DNA of 64,000 bases from contig JBFWNU010000002.1 of the NCBI GenBank assembly GCA_050250895.1, positions 887,659-951,658 on the forward strand, given 5' to 3'. The stretch is from Vulcanimicrobiota bacterium. GTDB lineage: Bacteria; Vulcanimicrobiota; Xenobia; Xenobiales; JADMJV01. This document shows positions 26,956-36,479 of this stretch, piece after piece (the first letter of the stretch is position 1; every line of letters starts with the position of its first letter). A program made the translations under genes and the position numbers. A model generated the notes under the pieces. It made no database searches. It was given only the letters and a program-made list of their open reading frames with translations, and was not told where the DNA came from.

Positions 26956-27429
26956 ATGGGTAGAGCAGACGCAACAAGAGGACTTTCTCTGGCCGAAGTG
27001 ATGGTGGCCATCTTCGTCGCTTCCATCGGACTGCTGGGCACGGCCTCGGTGCTGTGGTATTCGCTCAAAGCCGAAAAGGGGGCCGAGCAAAGGCTCCAGG
27101 GTGTATTCTGGAGCCGCGAGATGCTCAACACCATCCGGGCACGCAATCTGCCTTTTCAACCGGACATTCCTTCGGTTCCCAACCCGCTCAACGACGGCAG
27201 CTATGATGACCCCAGCGACGATACGGGTCCTCGCCGAGCCTTCAATGCCGCGCCTTTCGCCGAAGACTTTCCCGATCTCAACTTCCAGCGAAGAATCGAG
27301 ATGAAACGGCTGTCCAACGACCCGCTCAGCCACCTCTATAGCGTGGCCGTCATCAAGGTCACCCTGTTCTGGAACGAGGGGGAGCGGACGAGGAGCGTGA
27401 CGCTATGCGGTTATCATCGTCGCCCCTGA
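26956..27429 (+). CDS. Minor prepilin (PilV-like)
   Basis: Class III signal RG/LSLAEVMVAIFVASIGLLG. Confidence 0.85.
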   Translation: MGRADATRGLSLAEVMVAIFVASIGLLGTASVLWYSLKAEKGAEQRLQGVFWSREMLNTIRARNLPFQPDIPSVPNPLNDGSYDDPSDDTGPRRAFNAAPFAEDFPDLNFQRRIEMKRLSNDPLSHLYSVAVIKVTLFWNEGERTRSVTLCGYHRRP

Positions 27430-28067
27430 GAGCCTTCACGCTGGCCGAACTGCTGGTGGCCATGGCCATCTCGAGCCTGATCCTTTTGGCTATCATGTCG
27501 CTCTATCAAGCCGGAGTGTGGGAGTTCACTCGCTCCTCGGGCCGTATCGAGATGGTGCGGCGCGGCCGCAATCTGCTCGACCGCATCCAGCCTTTGCTGG
27601 GGACGGCCATCAAGCTTAACCCCACCGGTGCCCAGGAGGCGATCTATTTTCCCGACCAGGTCCTCGACGATTTTTCTCAGCCGGGCGAGACCCGCGTTCT
27701 CTTCTCGACTCCTGTCGACTTTCTCGGCAACAACCCCCTGCCGTCGGCGCGCGAGTTGCGGCTAAAACCGACGTTCTACCTCTATGAGATCGCCATGGTT
27801 CCGGGAGAGGGTCGGGGTCAGGACGTGGTGCTGAGAAGGCGACGGGACCCGATGACCCCGGATCTTAGCGTCGAGCCGCGGGTGCTCGGGCGCGATGTGG
27901 ACGACTTTCGGGTCAAGTATCTGCGCCCCGGGGCGCTCGAGATCGAGGTGGTGCTCTCGGTCGACGCGATTTCGGACGAGTTGATCCGACACAAGCTCGA
28001 AGGGCGGGGAATGCAGCGCATCAGGCTGTCCACCATCATCGGTATTCCTTACTACAATCAGTCTTAG
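27405..28067 (+). CDS. Minor prepilin (PilW/GspJ-like)
   Basis: RA/FTLAELLVAMAISSLILLAI. Confidence 0.85.
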   Translation: MRLSSSPLRAFTLAELLVAMAISSLILLAIMSLYQAGVWEFTRSSGRIEMVRRGRNLLDRIQPLLGTAIKLNPTGAQEAIYFPDQVLDDFSQPGETRVLFSTPVDFLGNNPLPSARELRLKPTFYLYEIAMVPGEGRGQDVVLRRRRDPMTPDLSVEPRVLGRDVDDFRVKYLRPGALEIEVVLSVDAISDELIRHKLEGRGMQRIRLSTIIGIPYYNQS

Positions 28068-28075
28068 GAGCGGTT

Positions 28076-29902
28076 ATGAAACGACAGGGTTCGATCTTGA
28101 TGCTGGCCATCATCTATCTCTTTCTACTGCAGATCCTGGCCGTCGCGTTCGTCCGCATCCTGCCGGTGGAATCGCGCGCAGCCCTGCGCTCGGAAGAGTC
28201 GGTGACGGCCTCGCTGGTGGCCGAAGCGGGGGTGACCGAAGCCCTGGCCTGGCTGCGGGCCCAACTCGAACCTCCCGATGGCTCGGCTTCGCGCGAGCCT
28301 CTCCATGCCGCCGTCTATCCATCCCAAACCAGGCGAACGGTGGCCCTCAATAGCGAGTGGTCTTATCGCTGGTCTCTGAGCGCTGATGCCGAGACGTACC
28401 CCAACGGCAGCGTGCCTATCCGTGGCTACACCATAGTGGCTCGCGCCTATCACCAGCGGGCCGTCTGTCGCGAGGCGCGGGCTCAGGTGATTCAGGAAGC
28501 CCTCACCAAATACGCTGCTCTCTACGACCAGTGGCCCGACAATCTGGTGATGGGCATCGAGAGCACGGACGCTCCGCAGGGTGGCCCCGTGCACGTCAAC
28601 GACGTCACCAGACTGTGGATCAAGGACGGCGCTTCCTATTGGACCTCGTCGGGCCAGCCCTTCTTTAGCCATGGGCTCACCGCTTCGGGTGTCTATAGCG
28701 CTGTCGGACCCGGCCAGGACGGCTTCGCCTACTACCAGGGCAACTGGAGCGGCAACGACTCTGCTCGCATTCCCTATTCACCCTATGGCGGCCCCATCGC
28801 TTCGCGCTACAATCGCCTGGTGGCCGGAGGTCGGGACAACATCGTGGCCGGCGTGCAGAAGGTCAAGCTGCCCGAAAATACCTTCAGCCTGCGCGACGCT
28901 GCCTGGGGGTTCTCTTCCACCGCCAGCCGTCCCAGCACCGACGGGCTCTATCTCAACTCCAGCGGCGGCAAGCTTTTGGGTGGTATCTATATCCGCGGAA
29001 CCGTGGAGGAAATGCAACTCGGTTTCGGGGGCAGTCAGACGGCCGGCTCGTCTACCGTAAGTTACGCTACCAATAGCTGGGTCAAGGTCGAACAGTACCG
29101 CACGGGGGTGCGCAGCATCGACTCGAACCAGTGTTACACGGTGGTCACCGTAGAGGATAGCTCGGTGGTGTTGCCAGCCTCGGCCACGGTCAATGGAACC
29201 AAGCTCAAGGCGCCCCTGACCGTGCCGGTCGGCAACACCATCCTGCGCCAGCCCGATGGCACGTTCATGACCTATCAGGGTCTGAGCAATGGAGTGGTGT
29301 ATGCCACCAACGATGTCGACAATCTGTGGGGCACCAACAAAGGGCGGCGCACGATCGTCTCCGAGCAGAACAAGTCGACCAGCAGCTTCGGCACCATTCG
29401 CATCGGAGGTTGGGAGAACGACTCGAGCGGGAATGTCAGCAAAACGGCGGGTCAGAAGGGATTGCTGGCCTACGGCGCGAGCGACGCCAACCACGACGGC
29501 GTGCTGGATTCACCCGCCACGGCCGCTAACGCACTCGGATTGGTGGCCTACGACGTGACCGTTTCGTCGGCTCTTAAGGGCAGCAGCTGGTCGTCGAGTC
29601 ACCCTTCCAACAACCCGCTCTACCTCTATTGCTCGGTGGTGGCCGGGATGTCTGGTCGGGGCGGCAGCTATGCAGTCGAGTCCTACACTTCGGGTGGTGC
29701 CGGCTATGCCTATCGTTACGGCAGCCGGATTCAGGTCGACGCCGGGGCCTGGGGAACGACCTCAGGCCAGGGTCTGATCATGGGCACCAGCTATTTCGAT
29801 GAGGCCAGCGCTGCCTCTCCGCCGCCGTACTTTCCGGCCCTGCCCACCTTTTCGGTGGTGACCTACGAAGACACCCCGGTCTTTGACGGAGATCACTTGT
29901 AG
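28076..29902 (+). CDS. PilX-like large minor pilin / tip protein
   Basis: KRQG/SILMLAII, AEAGV..A, GPVHVND, C-terminal PPPYFP; beta-rich body. Confidence 0.75.
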   Translation: MKRQGSILMLAIIYLFLLQILAVAFVRILPVESRAALRSEESVTASLVAEAGVTEALAWLRAQLEPPDGSASREPLHAAVYPSQTRRTVALNSEWSYRWSLSADAETYPNGSVPIRGYTIVARAYHQRAVCREARAQVIQEALTKYAALYDQWPDNLVMGIESTDAPQGGPVHVNDVTRLWIKDGASYWTSSGQPFFSHGLTASGVYSAVGPGQDGFAYYQGNWSGNDSARIPYSPYGGPIASRYNRLVAGGRDNIVAGVQKVKLPENTFSLRDAAWGFSSTASRPSTDGLYLNSSGGKLLGGIYIRGTVEEMQLGFGGSQTAGSSTVSYATNSWVKVEQYRTGVRSIDSNQCYTVVTVEDSSVVLPASATVNGTKLKAPLTVPVGNTILRQPDGTFMTYQGLSNGVVYATNDVDNLWGTNKGRRTIVSEQNKSTSSFGTIRIGGWENDSSGNVSKTAGQKGLLAYGASDANHDGVLDSPATAANALGLVAYDVTVSSALKGSSWSSSHPSNNPLYLYCSVVAGMSGRGGSYAVESYTSGGAGYAYRYGSRIQVDAGAWGTTSGQGLIMGTSYFDEASAASPPPYFPALPTFSVVTYEDTPVFDGDHL

Positions 29903-31119
29903 TGCATGTCTTTTGCTTCAAAGCGATCGACTCGGCCGACCAGCTGGTCTGCGGCCAGTTCTCGGCGCCCAGCCTGGACTTCGCCCAGCAACGCTTGCGC
30001 GAGGTCTATCGCACCATTCTGGTGCTCGAACCGCGCAGCTCTCGGGCGGGGTTGCGCGGGCCCTCGACTCCCAAGGTCAAAAAGGCCAGCCTCTCGATCT
30101 ACTGTCGCCAGCTGGCTGCCATGGTCAACGCCGGCATCTCGATCAACCGCGCCTTTCGCTTTTGCGCCAACGGTGACGATGCGCGCCTCAACGTGGTCAT
30201 GCAAAAGGTGGCCGGCGACATCGAGTCGGGAATGAGTGTGGCCCGAGCCCTCAACGAGCAGCCCCATGTTTTCGGGCAGACCTTCGTGTCGCTGGTCGCG
30301 GCCGGCGAAGAGTCGGGAACCATGGACAGCACCCTGAAGAAGCTGGCCGACCTGCTCGAGCAACAAGTCGGGCTCGAAAAGCGAGTGCAGTCGACCATGG
30401 CCTATCCGGCCGTCATCGCGGTAGTGGCCGTGACGGTGGTCGCCTTTTTCATCTTCTACATCCTGCCCATGATGTTGCCGGTCTTCACCGAGATGTCGAT
30501 GGAACTTCCCTGGCCCACGCGGATGTTGGTCAAGGTCACGGCCCTGGCCCGCAATCCGTTCTTGATGATTCCGCTGGGTGTTGTCCTCTTCGCCGGCCTG
30601 TTCGGCATCTCGCGAGTGCTGGCCGACATCGAGAGTTATCCCCAGGTGCGTCGCAAGTTCGACGAACTGATCCTCAAGCTACCCCTCATCGGCAAGCTTT
30701 ATCGACTCAACGGTCAGGCGCGCGTGTTGTTCACCCTGGGCACCATGCTCGATGCCGGGGTGCCTTTGCTCAAGTGCCTGGAAGTGGTCGAGAAAGTGGC
30801 TACCAACGTGGTTTTGGCCGAGGGTCTGCACAAGACTCGGCGGGCGCTGCTCAACGGTCGTAGCTTCTATGACGCCCTGAGAACCCATGGAGTGCTCTCG
30901 AAGATCGCTCTGCAGATGATCAAGGTCGGGCAAGAGACGGGGACTCTGTCGGATATGGTGCTGCGGGTCGGGGCTCTCTATGACGACCAGTTGGCCCACC
31001 AACTCGAGCTCATCGCCGGCATGATCGAGCCGCTGATGATGGCCTTCATCGGCGGCGTCGTCGGCTTCATCACCCTGGCCTCTTTTCTACCGATGGTGAG
31101 CTTGCTCAACAATCTTTAG
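29902..31119 (+). CDS. pilC: Type IV pilus/T2SS inner-membrane platform protein (PilC/GspF)
   Basis: RQLAAMVNAGI, AGEESGTM, AYPAV, LPWPT, GQETGTL, IEPLM. Confidence 0.9.
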   Translation: MHVFCFKAIDSADQLVCGQFSAPSLDFAQQRLREVYRTILVLEPRSSRAGLRGPSTPKVKKASLSIYCRQLAAMVNAGISINRAFRFCANGDDARLNVVMQKVAGDIESGMSVARALNEQPHVFGQTFVSLVAAGEESGTMDSTLKKLADLLEQQVGLEKRVQSTMAYPAVIAVVAVTVVAFFIFYILPMMLPVFTEMSMELPWPTRMLVKVTALARNPFLMIPLGVVLFAGLFGISRVLADIESYPQVRRKFDELILKLPLIGKLYRLNGQARVLFTLGTMLDAGVPLLKCLEVVEKVATNVVLAEGLHKTRRALLNGRSFYDALRTHGVLSKIALQMIKVGQETGTLSDMVLRVGALYDDQLAHQLELIAGMIEPLMMAFIGGVVGFITLASFLPMVSLLNNL

Positions 31120-31736
31120 GGCTCGTGGTGAGAGCCGAGCGGGGCGCCGCAGCCAGCGCAGGCGCGGGCGTCGAACTCGTTGGGCGAGTTGCAGAACTTG
31201 CACACGATGCGCTTGGCCTGGCGTTCGCGGCGGGCTTTCCACAAAGAAGCGGCTTTGTGCAACTCGCCACGGTCGAGCCAGACACCTTTGCAGAACTTGC
31301 ATACGTCGAGGCTGATGCCGTCGAGGTCGTCGACCTCCATCTTGTCGCGACACTTGGGACACAGCCGCTGGCCCTCGGGGTTTTTATAGAAGGCCACTTT
31401 CATTACGCGCGGGTTGACCAGTTCATCGGGAAGCTCCTGGTAGCTACCCAGGGCGTCAAGGGCTTCTTCCTTGAGGTAGATGCCGCGACACTTGCCGCAA
31501 TCGAAATACTGGATGCCTTCGAATTCGGTCTCGCGCATCTGATCGCGGCAGCTGGGACAGGGTGCCTGAGCGCTGTCTTGCTCCTGGGCATGGCGGTTAT
31601 AGAACTTAGCCTTGTTTCGCTCATAGGGAGTGAGCTCGGCTTCGGTTTTGACCGACAGATCGACATCGCCCGACTTGAGGCCGAAAATGCTCAGCAGACA
31701 ACCCAGTGGTCCACATCCCTTTTGGTTACCCATCAC
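31116..31736 (-). CDS. Multi zinc-ribbon (zf-TFIIB-like) protein
   Basis: CPSC...CGKCRGIYL, CPKC...CKFCKGVWLDRGEL, C-terminal CKFC...CAGCGA. Confidence 0.8.
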   Translation of the reverse strand: MMGNQKGCGPLGCLLSIFGLKSGDVDLSVKTEAELTPYERNKAKFYNRHAQEQDSAQAPCPSCRDQMRETEFEGIQYFDCGKCRGIYLKEEALDALGSYQELPDELVNPRVMKVAFYKNPEGQRLCPKCRDKMEVDDLDGISLDVCKFCKGVWLDRGELHKAASLWKARRERQAKRIVCKFCNSPNEFDARACAGCGAPLGSHHEP

Positions 31737-31787
31737 AATCTAGTTAGGGAAAGGGTGGTGGATCCCTTTTGCGCGAAAGAGGAGCCC

Positions 31788-32492
31788 ATGCGCGTGGCCG
31801 CAGTGCAGTTCAAAGCCCGCAAAGGCGACTTCGAGGGGTCGATGGCGGCCCTTTGCCAACTGGCCGAGTTGGCCACTCAAGAGGCCGATCTGGTGGTGTT
31901 GCCCGAGATGGCCGTGACCGGCTACGTGTTTTTCTCGCCCGAACACGCCCGCACCGTGGCCGAAGAGCCCGAAGGGCCAACCTTCGCCCGGTTGAGCCCG
32001 CTGGCCCGCAAGGCCGGCTGTTGGATGGTGGCGGGCTTTCCGGAGTTGGCCGGCGAGGTGCTGTTCAATTCGGCCATGGTGATCGCTCCCGACGGTTCGC
32101 TCGAGTTCGTCTATCGCAAGACCCTGCTCTATTCGGCTGACTTTCCCTGGGCCATTCCCGGCGATTCGGGTTATCGCGTGTTCACGACCAAAGCGGGCGA
32201 CTTCGGAGTGGGCATCTGCATGGACCTCAACGACGATGCCTTCGTCGAATGGCTCGAGAAGAAGCGTCCCAAGGCCATCGCCTTTCCCACCAACTGGCTC
32301 GATCAGGGCGAACGCATCTGGGGCTACTGGGCCTGGCGGTTGCTGGGGGTGCCCTCGGCGCTGGTGGCGGCCAATACCTGGGGCCAGGAAGAGCACATCC
32401 GCTTTCGCGGCGAGTCGGCCATCCTGCGCGAGCGCACGCTGCTGGCGGCCGCCCCGCCCGAGGGCGACGGAGTCATCCGTGCCCGCCTCTAG
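31788..32492 (+). CDS. Carbon-nitrogen hydrolase (nitrilase superfamily; protein N-terminal amidase-like)
   Basis: GAGGAG RBS; E-K-C triad in LPEMAVTGY, YRK and GICMDLN. Confidence 0.88.
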   Translation: MRVAAVQFKARKGDFEGSMAALCQLAELATQEADLVVLPEMAVTGYVFFSPEHARTVAEEPEGPTFARLSPLARKAGCWMVAGFPELAGEVLFNSAMVIAPDGSLEFVYRKTLLYSADFPWAIPGDSGYRVFTTKAGDFGVGICMDLNDDAFVEWLEKKRPKAIAFPTNWLDQGERIWGYWAWRLLGVPSALVAANTWGQEEHIRFRGESAILRERTLLAAAPPEGDGVIRARL

Positions 32493-32865
32493 CCTGGACT
32501 CGCTGCGAGAGGCCGCGAGGGCGGCTTATCCCGGGGAGGCCTGCGGCTTTTTGGTGGGGGAGGAGGAGGTGGAACAGGTGTGGCCGGCCGAGAATCTTGC
32601 CCTCGAGGGCTATCGAATCGAGGATGAAGAACACCTCCGGGCGCAGCTTCGGGCGCGCCGGCTGGGCAAGCGGATTCTCGGCTACTACCACAGCCATCCC
32701 GACGGGATGGCCGTGCCCAGCCAAAGCGATCACGAAAGGGCATGGCCCGACCTGATTTATCTCATCATTCCGGTCTGGGGCGGCTGCCCGGGAACGCCCC
32801 GAGCCTTTCGTCTGGAAAAGGGTTGGCTGACCCCTTGCATCCTGCCCGCGCTTGAGACAGAATAA
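32479..32865 (+). CDS. JAB/Mov34/M67 metalloprotease
   Basis: EACGFLVG and the JAMM motif GYYHSHP...PSQSD. Confidence 0.88.
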   Translation: MPASSLDSLREAARAAYPGEACGFLVGEEEVEQVWPAENLALEGYRIEDEEHLRAQLRARRLGKRILGYYHSHPDGMAVPSQSDHERAWPDLIYLIIPVWGGCPGTPRAFRLEKGWLTPCILPALETE

Positions 32866-32866
32866 G

Positions 32867-32940
32867 GCTGGATGCCCCGATCGCAAGACGGGGACCTCCA
32901 AGCCAAATCTCATAAGGTCCGTTGGAAACGACCCCTACCT
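32867..32940 (+). promoter_or_regulatory. Two-hairpin leader upstream of panB (candidate pan RNA motif)
   Basis: Hairpins ccccg-a-tc-gcaa-ga-cgggg and ggtc-c-gtt-gga-aac-gacc lie directly before the RBS. Confidence 0.4.
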
Positions 32941-32954
32941 GAAGGAGGGTACCG

Positions 32955-33830
32955 ATGTCCACAGTCAGCAGTCTGCCCGGCCGCGGCAAGACTACCGTTC
33001 TAACCCTGCAGGCCAAGAAACGCCGAGGCGAGCCGATCTCGATGATCACCGCCTACGACTATCCCACCGCGCTAGCGGTTGACCAGGCCGAATTCGATGT
33101 CATTCTCGTAGGCGATTCTCTGGGCATGGTGGTGCTCGGATACGAGAACACCTTGCCCGTCACCATGGCCGACATGCTCCACCACTGCAAAGCCGTGGCC
33201 CGCGGAGCCCGGCGCCCCATGCTGGTCGGCGATATGCCGTTTATGTCTTATCAAGCCAGTGTGGCCGAGGCCGTCACCAACGCCGGACGCTTCTTGCAAG
33301 AAGCCGGCATGGACGCCGTCAAGCTCGAGGGTGGAGTAGAGCGGGTCGAGGCCGTCCGGGCCATTGTGGCCGCCGGTATCCCGGTAATGGGCCACATCGG
33401 CCTGACCCCCCAGGCGCTGCACCAGCTGGGCGGTTTTCGCACCCAGGGCAAGACGGCCGAAACCGCTCGCCGCCTGGTCGAAGCGGCCCTGGCCCTGGAG
33501 GCCGCCGGCTGCTTCTCGCTGGTGCTCGAAGCCGTGCCCCCACGCCTGGCCGAACTCATCAGCCAGAAACTGACCATTCCCACTATCGGCATCGGGGCCG
33601 GAGCCGACTGCGACGGCCAGGTGCTGGTGATCCACGACATGCTCGGTCTGTTCGACCGCTTCACCCCGCGTTTTGTCAAGCAGTACGCCCAGCTCAACCA
33701 GCAGGTCCATCAGGCCCTGGTCAGCTTTCGCGAAGAGATCGAGCAACGCCAGTTTCCCGCCGCCGAGCACACGGTGGCCATGCCCGAAGAAGAGTGGGTC
33801 AAGCTCCTCGAGCAGGAGCCGGCATGCTGA
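32955..33830 (+). CDS. panB: 3-methyl-2-oxobutanoate hydroxymethyltransferase
   Basis: TAYDY, LVGDSLGMVVLG, DMPFMSY, VKLEGG, GHIGLTPQ, DGQVLV. Confidence 0.97.
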   Translation: MSTVSSLPGRGKTTVLTLQAKKRRGEPISMITAYDYPTALAVDQAEFDVILVGDSLGMVVLGYENTLPVTMADMLHHCKAVARGARRPMLVGDMPFMSYQASVAEAVTNAGRFLQEAGMDAVKLEGGVERVEAVRAIVAAGIPVMGHIGLTPQALHQLGGFRTQGKTAETARRLVEAALALEAAGCFSLVLEAVPPRLAELISQKLTIPTIGIGAGADCDGQVLVIHDMLGLFDRFTPRFVKQYAQLNQQVHQALVSFREEIEQRQFPAAEHTVAMPEEEWVKLLEQEPAC

Positions 33831-34726
33831 TCGTCGGCACAGGAGCCATGGCCTGCCTGATGGCGGCGGGTCTGGTCAGCGCCGGCCATCAAGTTACCAT
33901 GCTGGGCAGCTGGAAGCCCGGCCTCGAACAACTCCATCGTCACGGCGTGCGCCTGGACAACGGTCAGGCCTTTCCGGTGACGGTCACCGACCGGCCCGGC
34001 GACTGCCAGGGAGCCAGCCAGGTAGTGGTCATGAACAAGGCCTGGCAGACCTCCGAGACGGCTCGCCAACTCGGCCACATCCTGGCTCCCGAAGGTCGGG
34101 TGCTGACCCTCCAAAACGGGTTAGGCAACCGCGAACTGCTGGCCCAACACCTGGGCGCCGAGCGGGTCGAGGCCGGCGTCACCACGCTCGGAGCCACCAT
34201 GCTCGAGCCCGGCAAAGTCCGTCCCGCCGGCCAGGGAGCCATCGTGCTACCCGACGACAGTCACTTTCACCACCTCTTTAGCCACACCGGCCTGGCCTTG
34301 CGCCAAGAGAGCAATCTCGATTCGCTAGTCTGGGGCAAGCTGGTGATCAATGCCGGTATCAACCCGGTGGCCGCTATCTTCGGCCTGACCAACGGGCAAC
34401 TGCTCGAGCATCCCCTGGCCAACCTGTGGATGCGAGCGGCCGCCCTGGAGGCGGCCGAGGTGGCCCGGGCTGCCGGCGTGGTCTTGCCCTTTGCCGATCC
34501 GGTGGCGGCGGTGGCCGAGGTGGCCCGGCAGACCGCTCGCAACCGAGCCTCGATGCTGGTCGACCTCGAACGGGGCACGCCCTGCGAGATCGAGGCCATC
34601 TCGGGAGCGGTGGTGCGGGCCGGCCGGCGCTACGGAGTGGCCACCCCTTACAACTCGAAGCTGAGAAAGGCGGTGGCCCGTGCAGTTGGTCGAGAGCCTA
34701 TCCGACCTTCGCTCTCAGCGAGCTAA
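33824..34726 (+). CDS. panE: 2-dehydropantoate 2-reductase
   Basis: IVGTGAMA, KAWQT, LQNGLG, WGKLVINAGINP, SMLVD, EIEAISG. Confidence 0.92.
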   Translation: MLIVGTGAMACLMAAGLVSAGHQVTMLGSWKPGLEQLHRHGVRLDNGQAFPVTVTDRPGDCQGASQVVVMNKAWQTSETARQLGHILAPEGRVLTLQNGLGNRELLAQHLGAERVEAGVTTLGATMLEPGKVRPAGQGAIVLPDDSHFHHLFSHTGLALRQESNLDSLVWGKLVINAGINPVAAIFGLTNGQLLEHPLANLWMRAAALEAAEVARAAGVVLPFADPVAAVAEVARQTARNRASMLVDLERGTPCEIEAISGAVVRAGRRYGVATPYNSKLRKAVARAVGREPIRPSLSAS

Positions 34727-35504
34727 GCTGCCCGGCCCGGTAGGCTTCGTGCCCACCATGGGTTACCTCCACCCGGGGCACCTCTCGCTGGTCGAACAGG
34801 CTCGGCGCGAGTGTGCCTCGGTGGTGGTCAGCATCTTCGTCAATCCCACCCAGTTCGGCGAGGCCGCCGATCTCGAGCACTACCCACGCGATCTGGCCGG
34901 CGATCTGGCTCTGCTCGAGGGCCACACCGACCTGGTTTGGGCCCCCACCGCGGCCGTGATGTATCCGCCCGGCTTTCAGACCTGGGTCGAGGTCGAGCAG
35001 GTCAGCCAACCCCTGGAGGGGGCTCAGCGACCCGGCCATTTCCGCGGGGTAGCCACGGTGGTGGCCAAGCTGTTTCTGGCCGTCGGTCCCCAACTGGCCT
35101 ACTTCGGCCAAAAGGACGCCCAGCAGGTCAAGGTCATCGAGCGCATGGTGGCCGACCTCAACTTTCCTCTCGAAATTCGCGTGGGTGCCACCGCTCGCGA
35201 GCCCGACGGCCTGGCCATGTCGAGCCGCAATGCTCGCCTCACACCGGCCGAGCGCCGGGTGGCCCCGGTTCTCTACCAGGCCCTCCAGACGGCCAGCCAG
35301 CTTTTTCCGGCCCCAGCCGAAGAGCTGCGCGCCTGCGTGCGTCAGGTGGTGGCCACCCAACCCTCGGTCGCCCTCGAGTACGTGTCTTGCGCGGATCGGT
35401 CCAGCCTGGAGGAGTTAGACGGTCCGGTCGAAAGTTGTCTTCTTTCGCTAGCCGCTCGCCTGGGAGCGGTGCGCCTGATCGACAACATCGAACTATGCTG
35501 CTGA
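34680..35504 (+). CDS. panC: Pantoate-beta-alanine ligase
   Basis: VPTMGYLHPGHLSL, SIFVNPTQF, RPGHFRGV, FGQKDAQQ, GLAMSSRN, RLIDN. Confidence 0.97.
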   Translation: MQLVESLSDLRSQRAKLPGPVGFVPTMGYLHPGHLSLVEQARRECASVVVSIFVNPTQFGEAADLEHYPRDLAGDLALLEGHTDLVWAPTAAVMYPPGFQTWVEVEQVSQPLEGAQRPGHFRGVATVVAKLFLAVGPQLAYFGQKDAQQVKVIERMVADLNFPLEIRVGATAREPDGLAMSSRNARLTPAERRVAPVLYQALQTASQLFPAPAEELRACVRQVVATQPSVALEYVSCADRSSLEELDGPVESCLLSLAARLGAVRLIDNIELCC

Positions 35505-36262
35505 CCATCGACATCGGAAATACCCAGTTGACCATCGGGGCCTACGCTGGCGATCACCCCGGCCCGCGCTGGCGCCTGGCCACTGCGGCCCATCGCTCGT
35601 CCGACGAGTATGGCCTGCAAATTCTCGGTCTTTTGGCCCACGCCAGGGTCGATCCCAACGACCTGCACGGAGTCTGCCTGGCCTCGGTGGTGCCTCCTCT
35701 GACCAGCTCGATTACCCGGGCCTGCCGTGATTATCTCGGCTGCCAGCCCCTGGTGGTCGGGGCCGGAGTCAAGACGGGCGTGAAGATTCTAGCCCAGGAG
35801 CCGCGCACCGTGGGGGCCGACCGCATCGTCAACGCCTGCGCCGTCAAGCACCGCTATCACGGTCCGGCCTGCGTGGTCGATTTTGGCACGGCCACGACCT
35901 TTGATGCGGTCACGGCCGACGGCGATTACCTGGGCGGGGCCATCGCCCCGGGCCTGCAGCTGGGCGCCGAGAGCCTGTTTCGCAACACGGCCAAGCTGCC
36001 CAAGGTCGACATCGAGCGTCCGCCTAACGTGATTGGCCGTAACACCATCGAGGCCATCCAGTCGGGCCTGGTCTTCGGCTACGTGGCCCTGGTAGAGGGA
36101 ATGGTGGCCCGCTTTGCGGGCGAACTCGGCCCCGACATGCAGGTCATCGCCACCGGCGGCCTGGCCGAGATCGTGGCCCGCGAGACCAAGGTGATCCACG
36201 TGGTCGATCCCTGGTTGACCCTCGAGGGCCTGCGCATCATCTGGGAACTCAACCCCCATTAA
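35495..36262 (+). CDS. coaX: Type III pantothenate kinase
   Basis: IDIGNT, SVVP, VGADR, VDFGTATT, GGAIAPG, ATGG. Confidence 0.95.
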   Translation: MLLTIDIGNTQLTIGAYAGDHPGPRWRLATAAHRSSDEYGLQILGLLAHARVDPNDLHGVCLASVVPPLTSSITRACRDYLGCQPLVVGAGVKTGVKILAQEPRTVGADRIVNACAVKHRYHGPACVVDFGTATTFDAVTADGDYLGGAIAPGLQLGAESLFRNTAKLPKVDIERPPNVIGRNTIEAIQSGLVFGYVALVEGMVARFAGELGPDMQVIATGGLAEIVARETKVIHVVDPWLTLEGLRIIWELNPH

Positions 36263-36479
36263 GCGGCGGCACGGCTTGGAGTGAGCGCGGGCGAATGGAA
36301 AGTCTCCTTCGCGGAGAACTGTCGCGGCGTCTTCTTCTGGAATCACGAGGGGGAGCGACCAGGCTAGCCGCCTCTTTCTCGGAGTTTCTGCCCATGTTGG
36401 AAGGTCCAGAGCCGGATTGAACAGGCCGGTCCGGGCTCCTTCGCGAAGCTCGCCTGCAATTCAACGCCCCGGGGGGATC

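Noticed and set aside
31125-31787. N-terminal extensions of the nitrilase ORF (and similarly coaX from 34811 and aidB from 44785)
   Set aside because: They overlap real genes; the family motifs begin at the downstream ATGs (31788, 35495, 45397).
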